Below are positions 35,109 to 48,229 of a stretch of 64,000 bases of DNA, piece after piece. Below the pieces are notes generated by a model. That model was given only the letters and a program-made list of their open reading frames with translations, ran no database searches and had not been told where the DNA came from. Origin of the DNA: Octopus sinensis (lineage: Eukaryota); assembly GCF_006345805.1 (NCBI RefSeq), contig NC_042998.1, positions 202,120,001 through 202,184,000 of the forward strand, written 5' to 3'. The position numbers were made by a program, and so were the translations under genes. Within the stretch, counting starts at the first letter, position 1. Every line of letters starts with the position of its first letter.

Positions 35109-37995
35109 GGGCAAATCGAAGTGAAGTTGATACCCCCGTCAACGATGCTATCTCTGATACCCCTTATTCTGCTTGTTCCCCAACTCCCGCCCCTCAGACT
35201 TCACAGCTCAGCATCGTCTACACAAACTCGTGCTCCTTATTCCCAAAGTTCAGTGAACTATTTACACTGGCCATACGTGACTCCCCTGATGTGATAGCTA
35301 TCACCGAGACTTGGCTGACTCCAGCAGTAAAGGACTCAGAAATCCACCTGCAGGGCTACGTCCTTTTCAGATGTGACAGAGGAAAAAGGCGAGGTGGAGG
35401 TGTTGCTGTGTATGTTAAGTCTGAGCACAAACCGTCCATCGGTATTCTACCCACTAATGCTCAACCTACAACAAAATTCGATGCCGTCTATTGCAAGCTG
35501 AGCCTATCTGAGTTTTTCCTGCCCGTGTTGGCTGTCTACAGGCCGCCTCTTGCCGACCCCCAGGACGATGCTCATTTACTCGAAGCGATAAGATTCGTTT
35601 CAGCTTCGCATGACTGTTTGGTACTAGGAGACTTCAACGCTCCCACGATCGATTGGCCCGCATCAATTTGTACAACATCTTCCCGGTTCGGCCAGGCCCT
35701 TCTTGACGTGGCTGAAGATTGTTTTCTATCGCAACATGTTGAATATCCGACAAGACATCGGTCTGGGCAGCAGCCATCTATGCTAGTTCTGGTATTCTCC
35801 CGCTATCCAAGATCAGTGTCAGACGTATCTGTGTGCGCCCCTCTTGCCAAGAGTGATCATGCGGTCCTGAAGTTCGTCATGCACACAACTTTTTCTACGC
35901 CCACGACTACTTCGCTGCCACGTAGAGTCTTCTCTGCAATTAATCTTGAAATTCTAACCGAGGCTTCCGCGCTTCTGGACTGGCGATCCCTGATGACGTT
36001 GTCCTCAGTTGACGAACTATGGTCATCCCTCAAAGCATATGTAATCTGTTTGACTGACCAGGCAGTTCCCGTTGGGCTTCCCAAGAAGAAGAAACACAAG
36101 CCCTGGGTGACGAAGAAGGTTAAACGAGAACGTCGACTCAGAGATATTGCTTGGGCTGAATTCAAAAATCTGGATTCGACTGCAGCTTTTGAGGTGTACA
36201 AAACTCAACGAGACCAAGCCGTGAAAATTGAAAAGAAAGAACGCTTCAGTTATGAATACAAAATCGCGGCAAATGCCAGTAGCAATCCAAAAACCTTCTT
36301 TGCCCATGTCCAGCGGAATTCCCGCTTGAACAACCAGATTGCAACGTTGGTAGACTCAACAGGCGTATCGATTGAGGACCCTTATCAACAGAGTCAATTA
36401 TTTGCCGAGGCTTTTTCAACTATTTTCAAACAAGATGATGGTCGTGAACCCCCCCCCCATTTGATAGATCGGTACCTCCAATGCTTCGATTGGTCATCAC
36501 GCGGGACGAAGTCAAACGTGTTATTCAAGGTCTCGATGTCAAGAAGGGTCACGGCCCTGACGGCATACACCCACGGGTTATCAAAGCGTTGGCTCCGGTC
36601 ATCTGCGAGCCCTTAACACGACTATTCAATATGTCATTGGCAACGGGTGTTATACCTGCAGACTGGAGAACAGCGATAATCTGCCCAATTTTCAAGAAAG
36701 GGAGCCGCGAAGACCCGCTTAACTACCGACCGGTTTCCCTTAGATCAATAATCAGCAAGATGTTCGAAACTATCCTTAAGAAAAGTATGATGCTCCACCT
36801 CCTAAACACAGCCTCTATCTCTGATTCCCAACACGGCTTCGTGCCGAAGAGATCATGCTTGACCAACTTACTAGTAATGGAAGAATTGGTGACGCGCATC
36901 CTCGATGATAGTGATGCTGTTGACATCGTTTTATTGGACTTTGCCAAAGCTTTTGACTCGGTAAACCCCCGCCTATTACTTGTCAAGCTTCAAGCATATA
37001 GTTTCCATCCGGATATTGTACGATGGATTGGTGCCTTCCTCTCAGATCGCTCCTTCCAAGTCCAAGTTAATGGTTCGCGGTCCGACGTCTCCAGTGCGAG
37101 CAGTGGCGTGCCTCAAGGTTCAGTGCTTGGGCCCTTGTTGTTCTTAGTCTTCATAAATGACTTGCCCGACGACCTCACGCAACACACCCTTCTATTTGCC
37201 GACGATATCAAACTGGTCGCTCCTCGCGGTAATATAGAGGATCTTCGTCGATGCCTCCACCAAATTTGGAAGTGGTCTAACGATTGGGACCTGTGTCTGA
37301 ACGTGTCAAAGTGCTGTCATCTGCCTGTCGGCTCTACTCCTGCGACTTAACTTGATTTCGAGCCGGGTCGTCTGCTACTGGAGAGGACCGATCAGGTAAA
37401 GGACCTGGGTATCTTGTTGGATTCCTCCTTTTCGCCTTCGGCCCAGTGCGTCCATGCTGCCAACAAAGCACGCGGAATTCTGTTCTTGATTCGACGGTCA
37501 TTCGGAATGCTCACAGCAGCCATATTCCTACCACTCTATGTCACGCTGGTGAGACCCATATTGGAGTATGGGATTCAAGCCTCTTCTCCTTATCTCCTCA
37601 AAGACATACAGCATCTCGAAAGAGTCCAGAAGCTGGCTACCCGCATGGTTCATGGTCTCAAAAATTTGTCCTACGAAGAAAGGCTGAGGACGCTCGACCT
37701 TTATTCTCTTGAAAAAAGCCGCCGCCGTGGTGATCTCATTCTCGCCCACAACATCATAAACGGAAAGTGTAACCTCTCGAAAGAGCTGTTCTTCACTCCT
37801 GCTCCAGAGCGTCGGCTGCGGGGTCATTCCGAAAAGCTCTACATGCGACGATTTCATCTCAATCGAAGGAGAGGAGCTTTCTCCGTCCGGGTTGCGGATC
37901 CGTGGAACAAGCTGCCAGACGAGATGGTGAAGATGCCGACGACCGATTTGTTCAAAGCCTCCCTGGACCTCAAGTGGCCTGAACTCTTTACATGA
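35105..37995 (+). pseudogene. LINE ORF2 (APE endonuclease plus reverse transcriptase), disrupted
   Basis: Track ORFs 35105-36616, 36481-37350 and 37414-37995 join into one protein, with a frameshift in the C10 run (36449-36458) and an in-frame TAA (37348-37350). Confidence 0.95.
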
Positions 37996-39345
37996 ACACC
38001 ACCCTGTACTTAACTCCATGTCCCCCTACATGGCCTTGCTATTTGCTTTTGAGCCAAATTAACTAACTAACTAACTAAGAGTACACAATAAACAAACTAA
38101 TAAAAATCAATATATACCAGCATAGATATTTCATTTAAACTACATCCGCTAGAGGGGCCTTGCTACACCAGTTCCAGGTTTTTGAGGAGTGTGGACCTAT
38201 CTCTTAGCCACTATTGTTCCCAAGTCTACTCTGACCTGTAGTAATAGCACCTATTAGGGTCCCACTTGCGGCTTAATTAGTTTGTGTTGTTTAGAATACT
38301 TTTAGTGGTTTCTCACGCTTTCTTATTCGTCTAACATGGCCATATGTGAAAGTACGAGGTCTAAGATCACGTTGGAAATATGAACACTGTTTTAACGAAC
38401 TGAAGTCAGTAGAAGCAAATGTGTTGTCCATCAGTGGGACCAGAGTTTTCTAGGCATGAGCCTTAATAACCACCTTCGGTAGCTACAATCTTCATACTTC
38501 ACTAGTTTAGCTGGTGTAGGGAAGCAGAGTTGGGTCAAAGCATCCAGACACCCCTACCAATTTGCTGCATATGCTTTCCCATAGATTAACTTTTTCTTTC
38601 TATTTACACTTCACCTTTCTAAGTATTACCTTTCATTTTTTTTTACTTTTATTTTTCTGTCTTGTTATTTTAGCATCTATTCTATTACATTGTTGTAAGT
38701 AGAGATAAGTCCTGAACTTATTGTTCGTTCTTTCTTCACTTTTATGCACGTTGTTTCCTTCAAACTCTTTTTATTGCTTTTAAGTTTGAATGCAAAGAGT
38801 TTAACAGCATTTGGATTGCACTTCGACTCTCTGGATAGTACCACTGTTGTTCAATGTACATTAAATTATTCCGTTTCTTTTCTGAATAGTTTCCTCGTAT
38901 AGAATTTCGTTCACAACCCTCTTACATTTAATTACACTTTCTAGGAGATGCTTGTTTGTATGTAGCTAGTGTAGATGCTTACGTAGATCTACGATCAAAA
39001 ACTTAGTTTCTCTTTTTTACTCTGATTTTAAAGTTTGTTTTGGAATATCTACGGTTTTATGTCAAGTTAATATATGGTGATGTGCATCTGTATTCGGACT
39101 TTTGTTAAATACAGGTGGCCAAGAGTATCGTTTTATACAGATGGGCTCCACGTTTCAACGTGGACTTCTTTATTTTTTAATTATCCACTTTGAAATTTCG
39201 TTTGTTTACTGAAATACTTTTTTCTTATGTGGTATATTCGATTGTGATATATTCATTGGTCTGTGTTACGTTATCACACTTTGTCTGTGGTCAAGTGTTT
39301 TATCTTATTCTTTCAGTGGTTATTTTATATATGCTCTTTGCTCAT

Positions 39346-39810
39346 TACTCTTTTACTCTTTTACTTGTTTCAGTCATTTGACTGTGGCCATGCTGGAGTC
39401 CCACCTTTAGTCGAGCAAATCGACCCCAGGGCTTCTATGTAAGTACTATTATTTGTAAGTCTAGTACTTATTCTATCGTCTCTTTTGCCGAAGCGCTAAG
39501 TTACGGGGACGCAAACACGCCAGCATCGGTTGTCAAGCAATGTTGGGGGGACAAACACAGACACACAAATATATATATATACACATACACACACACACAC
39601 ACACATAAATGTGACCTCGTGTGTACCGTTGGCGATTTTTTTTTCTGTCTTCCCTTCTCGGGATCTTTCCTTCTCCTATGTTTCCGACGAAGAGCTCCAC
39701 TCGAAACGTTAAACCCTCCTTCTTCCCTTCTTTCCTGAGCGTCCAATAATACTATATTTGTTCTACGTCCTCACGTTATTGTGTTTTTTTGTGTTTTCTT
39801 GTTTGGATTA

Positions 39811-39860
<50 letters not shown>

Positions 39861-40023
39861 CGACGGGCTTCTTTCAGTTTCCGTCTAAAAAATCCACTCA
39901 CAAGGCTTTGGTTGACCCGAGGCTACAGTAGAAAACACTTGCCCAAGGTGCCACGCCGTGGGACTGAACCCGGAACCATGTGGATCGTAAGCAAGCTATT
40001 TACACACAGCCACTCCTACGCCT
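39346..40023 (-). mobile_element. SINE family A, full length, interrupted by an H1 element
   Basis: 3' half at 39346-39600 and 5' half at 39858-40023 flank the insert. Confidence 0.92.
39612..39815 (+). mobile_element. H1 element with hammerhead-like motif, nested in SINE A microsatellite
   Basis: gttt-CCGACGA-A-GAG(ctcca)CTC-GAAACGTT-aaac at 39680-39714. High similarity to 53758-53955. Confidence 0.8.
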
Positions 40024-41018
40024 AACTTTCATTATAAGCCCCCCCCCCATGCACAAGTTTGCTTGTATTACTCTTATCCCCGCACTGCGTTTTCATTAAT
40101 TATTCACTCCTCAGACGTAATTTTTAGTGCTCTTGTGTATTGCATGTAATGTTGACTCGTAACTGGAATTTATTTACTTCTATGTATAATATTCATTAGT
40201 TAAGCTTTCTCTTTGAATCTTTTTTTTTTCTTTTGCTTTTCATATCTAACATGGTAAGACAGATTTCTTAGCTGAAGTCGTTCCTTTGAGGGCAAAACGC
40301 TTCTGAACCGCATATTACATTACTTTTCAATCGAAATCACTTTAATTCGCACTATGCTAGATGGTAATATTTTATTGCTGTGTAAAATATTTAAGCATTT
40401 GTATTTAAATTATGTTCGTTTTATTTTAAAGTATCTACGTTTTCTTTCCTTTATATTCAGAATTTTGCTTCGCATTGTTTTGTATGACGCCAGTTTTTCG
40501 TCTAAGTACGTGTTTATCCTTATCTAAATACCATTATGTGTGTCTTCGAATAAACATCAGTTTTACTTACTTCATATTGCATTTCTCATAGAGAAATTCT
40601 ATATAATTTTACAATTTTGATTTTGGTTATATGTATATTAACGATTTTATTACAGTTTTTCAGAGTTAAATTTCCATGCCTCCTTTCTTCAATCCGACTT
40701 TGCCGATTATTATCATCCTCATCATCATCATCATCATCATCATCAAGTGAGTGAGAGAGCAGTGCGTGTCATTAGAGTGACTCTAGGAGAAAATATACGC
40801 AGTATAACCATCATGACTACCCGTCAGATAAGTGTAGACATGGCACATGCATCACAACCATATGGGCTCGACATAGTGAACTCATACCAACACAAACAGC
40901 GCATGAATTTGCAGGTGAATTTTCTTCAGGTCTAGTAGCCCATCCGGTTCAAATGATCTCTCGGTAAGAGTTATTTAAGGATGTTCAACGGAACACCCGT
41001 GTTTATTATTATTATTAT

Positions 41019-41049
<31 letters not shown>

Positions 41050-41062
41050 ATTATTATTATTA

Positions 41063-41286
41063 TGATTCAGTAGTTTTATTTTTATAGCGTGCTTTCACTT
41101 CACTACCGAGCGCAGCTCTGTGTGCCTTGGGTATGTGCTGTGATTTGTTGTGATGCTCTGATGGTTATTGTATGGAAAGTGTTCTGCGTAGGATGTGTGC
41201 AGTGCCTAGTAGTGCAATTTTCTGTATGTTATATGTGTTTGTAAGTCCTGGTGTTTTTCTTATGTTTAGTAAGTCCTGGTGTTTTT
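41063..41286 (-). mobile_element. Short 3' end of an R4/Dong-type (RLE) non-LTR retrotransposon in a (TAA)n repeat
   Basis: PGLTNTYNIQKIALLGTAHILRRTLSIQ* plus 3'UTR, flanked on both sides by (ATT)n. Confidence 0.75.
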
Positions 41287-41349
41287 ATTATTATTATTAT
41301 CATCATTATCATCATCATCATCATCATTATTATTATCATTATTATTGTT

Positions 41350-41975
41350 AAGCTAGTGGACGCTAATTTAGTTACAAACCATTTGATCATGAAGGCTTAT
41401 TGGCAACAAGTTTCCTCAAATATCGAGAATCTTCCTTAGGATTCTTGCTGAATATAGGTTGATAGTTTTCTGCAGATAGTCAATGCGAGTTTCTGTTCAA
41501 AACTCTTTCAGTCTTTCAGATAACATTTTGTTGTGCCAAATGCACCAATTACTACAAGTATAATTGTTCTCGTCGTCTTCTGCAGTCTCCTCAGCTCTCT
41601 GGGTAGATCCTGATTTGTAACATTATTTTCATTTTCTTTAGAATCGACTGTGTTATATCGTACAGAAATTACAAAACCTATGATCTTATAGTTTCTTCTC
41701 TCCTCTATAATCATATCTAGCCTTCTTGCTAGATATGATTGTAGAGGATATAATTATTAAATGGTCGGTCTTCATGTGAAATGCCCAAATCTTATAAATT
41801 CCTAATTCTATCACAGCCTCTGCTTCCTGTTCGTACCTCTTTTCTTTTCCTTTGAAGCCACAGACTCGAGTATTATCCCTATGCATTCTATTGCCTACGT
41901 AGTCATATCTGCGCTTATAATCATATTGTACTGGTATACTGCATTCGCTAAAAAGATGATTGATACATTTGTCTC
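41350..41975 (-). mobile_element. Older R4/Dong-type fragment (CCHC finger plus restriction-like endonuclease remnant)
   Basis: INHLFSECS..YKRRYDYVG, KIWAFHMKTDH, QDLPRELRRL..IILVVIGAFGTT and YSARILRKILDI in the expected order. Confidence 0.8.
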
Positions 41976-42039
41976 CTTTCCTTCAAATTCTACAGTTGAT
42001 GCCTGACTGAGTATTGTCGAACTTTGCATTTATCAGGTA

Positions 42040-42423
42040 CTAGCAGTATCGCCCGGCGTTGCTCGGGTTTGTAAGGGAAATAACTATATAAGCATTTTTA
42101 GAGAGTTATAGCCAAAAAATAGGAAAAAAATGGAAAAAAATTATGGTAATTTTTTTTTAAATCGTTGACTCATCGTAGACATTTTTAGAGAGTTACTTCC
42201 CTTATATAATAGCGAAACAAATGCATTAAAATGGAAAAAAATTATGGTAATTTTTTTTAAATCGTAGACTCATCGTAGACGATCGCTAATACCAAGAAGG
42301 GCTCGATATGAATCACGACTATAAGATACCCGGTTTTGGTTAAACTGCACCGCAAAATGTGGGAGTAGTTAGGAATCTAAATCGTAGAAGACAGACACAC
42401 AACTTCTCTTTTATATATAAAGA
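42040..42423 (-). mobile_element. Non-autonomous Helitron copy 4
   Basis: TC and hairpin-CTAG termini, target a42039|t42424, internal duplicated ~120-bp unit. Confidence 0.93.
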
Positions 42424-42784
42424 TATTCTAATGATTGTTCCGAATTGCTCTCATTAGCGTTTCTGTCCGTCCTTTCAAGTTCCTCTCCGTCAGCCAGAGC
42501 CAGTGATCTCTATTTTCAACATTTTCACCATGCAATTACATTCTTTTACATTTGTTTACTCTGTTGATCTTCCTCTTATTTTTTTAATTCTCCTACTGTT
42601 TCGGTTACTCTTTGAGTATCTCTGGATAGCGATAATATTCTGTCTTTACTCTACACAATAAAAAATTTGCAGACCCAGTATTGCACTATTAACAATGTAT
42701 TCTGAGTTTATCAATCATCTGGAACCTTTCTTTCTTAGTAAGTAGAGTCGGTCGGTATTGCTTTTAGGTTGGAGTGTATTTTTC

Positions 42785-42799
42785 GTTGTTGTTGTTGTT

Positions 42800-42878
<79 letters not shown>

Positions 42879-42900
42879 TCAAATAATAATATAATAATGT
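42785..42900. repeat. (GTT)/(ATT)n trinucleotide repeat
   Basis: Directly visible. Confidence 0.95.
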
Positions 42901-45321
42901 ATTTTGCATTATTTGCAACATCCACAAGTGGACCAATAACTATATTTCCACATAATCGCTCGCTCCGAACATAAGGTGAGCAAAATACATATTAAATTGC
43001 ATACTACAATTTCATTTATAAATAAAATAATTATACAAATGATAATGTATTTGTTTGAAATAGGCTGACTTCCATGGGAGAAACGCCTTATCTTATTTAA
43101 ATTCTCTATAAGAGCTGATCCGGTCCAAGCAATAAAAATTTCTTCAATTCTATCTGTAGAATATAAATATAAAACTCGCTTTCACAAAATTGTTGCCATG
43201 CTGAGTATCGTCAAATATTGTTTCGATACACCGTTATATGAAGGCGCGTCCTTCAAAAATATTTAGGTGAGGACAAGTTGCAAGCCGGAGACTAACAGGT
43301 TTGCTGGTGAGAAACATGCAATAAGAGAGTTGCGATCACCTTACATGCTGAGTTATGGTGACCGTTCCTGAGAAAGAAACCATGCATGAAACTGAGACGA
43401 TCACACAGACAATTAAATAATAAGCAATCAGAACAATATCGCACTAAAACATGTTATCATTTACTCCTATAGTTCGTGGCCATTGATAAGATAACGACAT
43501 TTCTATCAAACTGGACTGGTAATCAGATATTAGTATAAACGAAAACGGAAGGAAGCTATTGCTGTACAATCGTGAAGACATTTAGTAAGTTTTATTCTAT
43601 GCTTACGCAGAAAACTTTATGAGAATTTTTGTTTTATTTCGAGACAGTCAAAATAGCTTTGCAGGAAATTAAGAAGCTTCCTAGTGACATTAATACAAGA
43701 CCATTGCAGATTGTTATGCTCCTGAGAATATAATGTATCTTCCTATAAACAAATCAATAAAGCAGTTAGATATTTCCGCAGACTGTGAAAGCTAGTTAAA
43801 TATGTGTTAATTGATGGAACAGGTTTCTAGATCCTCTGTCGGTTTCATTTAAACTGTAAGGTTATGCTACTAAAAATAATCATGCTAAACCCTGGTTTTT
43901 AACATAAACTGAACATGCCCTCTCTTTAATTGCGTCCGTAAGAAGCCATAAAAAAATCATTTTCATACAGTATAACGAACCACATAATTTGTAGCATTAC
44001 ATGTAAAATTACCGAAAATACATTATGTTTACAGGAGCGAAAATCGAATGCTATAAAATTTTCGGCCAAAAAATCGAATTAAAGTGAAAAGGATTCAGGA
44101 GCGCTGTTTACAAATCTATTTCAATATATATTCATTTATTTTCATTTATACTTTACTGTACGTATCTGAATTTCAGTACTCTTCACGAGTATAATTCAAA
44201 AAATAATTTTCGTTTTATTAGGATAAATTGTCATGTATTTTTTTTCTTTTAAGATAGTTACTTAGGTTTTGGGAGATTTGTATCTGCTATTTCTAGTAGG
44301 TCCAGTAGCCTTAGGCCTCAGTGCTATATGCCGTTGCTGTTATACAGCGCCAGAATATCTCTGATTAAAAAGCCCTATAGTAAGAGCGTATTTGGTCAAA
44401 TGACTACATGCATCTCGATGCATTACATAACATGCACGTTTTAATGTAAAGGGTAAAATATTGAGAACTGGAGAGTTTGTATGGCATTTTTTATGACAGT
44501 CTCTTTAGAGGCAAGCGTTAAATGCATGTAATTGTTCTGAGCACCAAATCTGCTGTTCATCTACTGCTATTGTGCAGGTCTTAATGAAACGAGATCTGCA
44601 TTTAGATTGTTGTGTATTTGCCGGAGCTGAGCAGGACTGATAATGTTTTCAGGATGCCATTCACTGCCCTTAACCACTGAAAACCATTTTTTGTGTTGAG
44701 TTAAACCGATGTAGAGATTGGCTTGTAAGATGTAGCAGTCAGGTTTTCTTCAAACCCTTCCTTATTTTTATATAAAAGCGTGGTATTTTAGCGCTAACTA
44801 CTGAATCTTAAAAATAATTATGACATTAAATGTGTATGATAAAGATTTATCTCTGCCTTAAATTCAAAGAATAGCAGCAACGAATTCCCGACCATTTACC
44901 ACAAAGTTTCTATGTCTTTTCTTTACCGCAAAACTGAAAGAAAAATAGAAATTTTTAAAATGGTAGGTTTCCATCATGCCATCCAAAAATGTGAACACAA
45001 TAAAATGTGGATCTAGAACCAAAATGGTCGCGAAAATGATTGGGTTGCAATTATGTAAGGTCACTGAAATTTAAATCGGTTCTGTAAAAAACAGAAATGT
45101 GGTTCAATGTTAAATACAACGGAACTAATAAATCTCACAGGCAACGAAAATATCAGTTAAGACTCATGTTTAAGTTACTTTCTGTTTAATGTATTAATGG
45201 AAATGTAGTTTGTACAGCCAAACTGAGCAAACAGATAACAACTACTTTACAAATGCTGGAAAGGTAACTATACGTAATTGTCTCACAATTATTTTATACC
45301 CGCATCATTTATCTGTTATCT

Positions 45322-45748
45322 CTTATTTGCTTCACTCATTTGACTGCGGCCGTGCTGGGGCAGCGCCTGGAACTGTTTTTAGGCGAACCAATGGACCCTA
45401 GGACTTATTTTTTGAAGCCTAGTACTGATTCTATTTATCTATCTCGCCAGCTGAAATTCTAATTTACGGGGACGTGAACATACTACCACCGGTTGCCAAA
45501 CGGCGGTGGGGAACAAGCACAAGCACAGAAACACACGCAGACACATGTACACATACACGCACGCGCACACGCATATACACACACAGATACATTTATATCT
45601 ATATCTATATCCACGCGCGTGCGTGTGTGTGTGTGTGTAGGACGCACAATGGGCTTCACAAGTCTTTGGTCAGCGCAAGGCTAAAGTAAAAAGCACTTAA
45701 CCATGCGGTTGAGATCAAGCTTCTTACCACACAGACACGCCTGCACCA
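45322..45748 (-). mobile_element. SINE family A, diverged
   Basis: catttgactgcggccgtgctggggcagcgcc tail, tacggggacgtgaac body and cttcttaccacacagacacgcctgcac head. Confidence 0.8.
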
Positions 45749-46101
45749 AGAAAAGTTTTGATTAATTTTACTCCTCGTAAAAGCAATTAAATATGGAAGC
45801 ATCAATTTATTACACTTTAATTGAACACTTTAATTGAACAAGATATATAACTTCAGAAGAATAAATTGTTGCTGAGCTTAATAGAACACTGTTAAAAGTT
45901 TTAGTAGAAAAATTGTTTGCACTAAGGTACATAACTTCCTAAATGCCAAATACGAACACTGCCGCAGTGTACGATCACCTCAGGATGAGAGCATTTACAC
46001 TAACTGCAAAAACATAACGACCAGATCCCCATCATATACCTTAGCATTCAAAATAACAGAAACGATACTGGTGGGTCGACAGATTTCACTAAGAGAAGAG
46101 A

Positions 46102-46482
46102 GAAGCACTCCGTCGGTTACGACGATGAGGGTTCCGGTTGATCCGAATCAACGGAACAGCCTGCTCGTGAAATTAACGTGTAAGTGGCTGAGCACTCCAC
46201 AGACACGTGTACCCTTAACGTAGTTCTCGGGGATATTCAGCGTGACACAGAGAGTGACAAGGCCGGCCCTTTGAAATACAGGTACAGCAGAAACGGGAAG
46301 TAAGAGTGAGAGAAAGTTGTGGTGAAAGAGTACAGCAGGGATCACCACCATCCCTGCCGGAGCCTCGTGGAGCCTTTAGGTGTTTTCGCTCAATAAACAC
46401 TCACAACGCCCGGTCTGGGAATCGAAACCGCGATCCTATGACCGCAAGTCCGCTGCCCTAACTACTGGGCCATTGCGCCTCC
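46102..46482 (-). mobile_element. tRNA-derived SINE family C, full length
   Basis: Near-identical to the other C copies. TSD acagatttcac at 46079-46089 and 46483-46493. Confidence 0.95.
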
Positions 46483-47059
46483 ACAGATTTCACAAAATAT
46501 TGGATCGATCAGTGCTGACCCGCACGTGTAAGAAGGTTGAATGTCTCAAACATAAACAGTAAAATAAAGCAGAAAATAAGGTAAGGCTTTAATTTTATGA
46601 GTTACTAGTTGTAGTTGCAGGAAAATTTAACGGTGATTTTGTTTGAAACGCACGGACAGATTAATTTAAGATCAAAGGGAAGATTGTTTTTCTTTCTACG
46701 TACATATTTAATTTTCACCTGTGAGCACGAATTTGTTCGATCCGTGAAGTAAATCAATCATTTGTCACTTTCGGAAGTGTAATTTTAGATTTTTCATTAT
46801 CAGACTGATGCTTACATAAAAAAAAAAAATATTAAAGCGATACAGTAATGAATTTTTTTTCTTTTCTTTTTGACTTCGTTAAGTTGAATGAAGTTAGTTC
46901 GCAGGATATCGAAATATATTACCATCTCAAAACCTATGTTTGGCCAGAGGCAGATATATTTATTGAGTGTGCATAAAAATATGTTTACAATGCAGTTTCA
47001 AAAAATGTTTAGAAGAACTATATTACTCAAATAGTTTATATCACACATATGCATTTATA

Positions 47060-47356
<297 letters not shown>

Positions 47357-47772
47357 CATATTATAATAGCAGAAATTATTAATATATTGGAATTTTTACC
47401 AAGGGGTAGATATATAAATATACATATTGATTATTTCATGTGTTTTCTTTCCTATAAAATGTTATAAGTTTTAACGTATAACTAAGAATATACAATAGAC
47501 AATAACATTCGTCATAAAGTCTCACTTTCTCTTTCTCCATCCCTCTCTTCCTCTCTTTTTCTGAACACACACATTTACTATAAAAATGTGTGTATTTGAG
47601 AGTAAATGTATGAGTACGGTCTCACGTGTGTGAAGGGTATCTATGGCTTCCTATTAAAATTAGATATATTTCAACTGATAGAAAAAATGAAAGCTGCGAA
47701 TTAAATACCAAAGCGAGGCATTTGTATGTTACGACTGGTACAAAGATAATTATTCATGTCTTCTTTGTAATA

Positions 47773-47998
47773 ACTTATTTCTTTACTACCCACAAGGGGT
47801 TAAACACAGAAGTGACAAACAAGGACAAACAAACGGATTAAGTCGATTACATCGACCCTAGTACGTAAATGGTACTTATTTAATCGAGTCCGAAAGGATG
47901 AAAGGCAAAGTCGACTTCGGCAGAATTTGAACTCAGCGGCAGACGAAATACCGCTAAGCATATCGCCCGGCGTGATAACGCTTCTGCCAGCTCGCATC
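47773..47998 (-). mobile_element. SINE family B, tail type 2 (ccccttgtgggtagtaaagaaat)
   Basis: B head and body, with a different 3' tail from the 27-32 kb copies. Confidence 0.9.
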
Positions 47999-48229
47999 AC
48001 TTCCTCTATAATATATCCCCATTTACTAGATTCAACAGGTAAATTCCACTCAAATCTTATTCTTTTATTATAAATAAAGAACGCAAGATTCAATGGAACT
48101 AATGAAGAAAATGATGGCTGGCAAGAGATGAAATAATCTTTACAGATATTCATTTATTTACTCAGGGCAGTTATAGGGCCAAACAACAAAAACCCGAACC
48201 TCTCAAGTTGTTATTGATGTAAAGTTCTT

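Larger units (their letters stand above)
34933..38076 (+). mobile_element. 5'-truncated CR1-group LINE, nearly intact ORF2
   Basis: ORF1 C-terminus, APE endonuclease (ITETW, GDFN, SDH), RT (YRPVSL, DFAKAFDSV, GVPQGSVLGPLLF, FADD), C-terminal domain, 3'UTR and (CTAA)n tail. Candidate TSD aagagt at 34927-34932 and 38077-38082. Confidence 0.96.

Noticed and set aside
35857-38019. Minus-strand and alternative-frame ORFs within the LINE
   Set aside because: Shadows of the GC-richer ORF2 with no independent motifs.
38140-38275. Resembles an interspersed repeat I recall from octopus sequence
   Set aside because: No second copy in the window, so it rests on memory only.
40745-41000. Resembles another interspersed repeat I recall from octopus sequence
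   Set aside because: Single copy here with no termini or coding motif to support a call.
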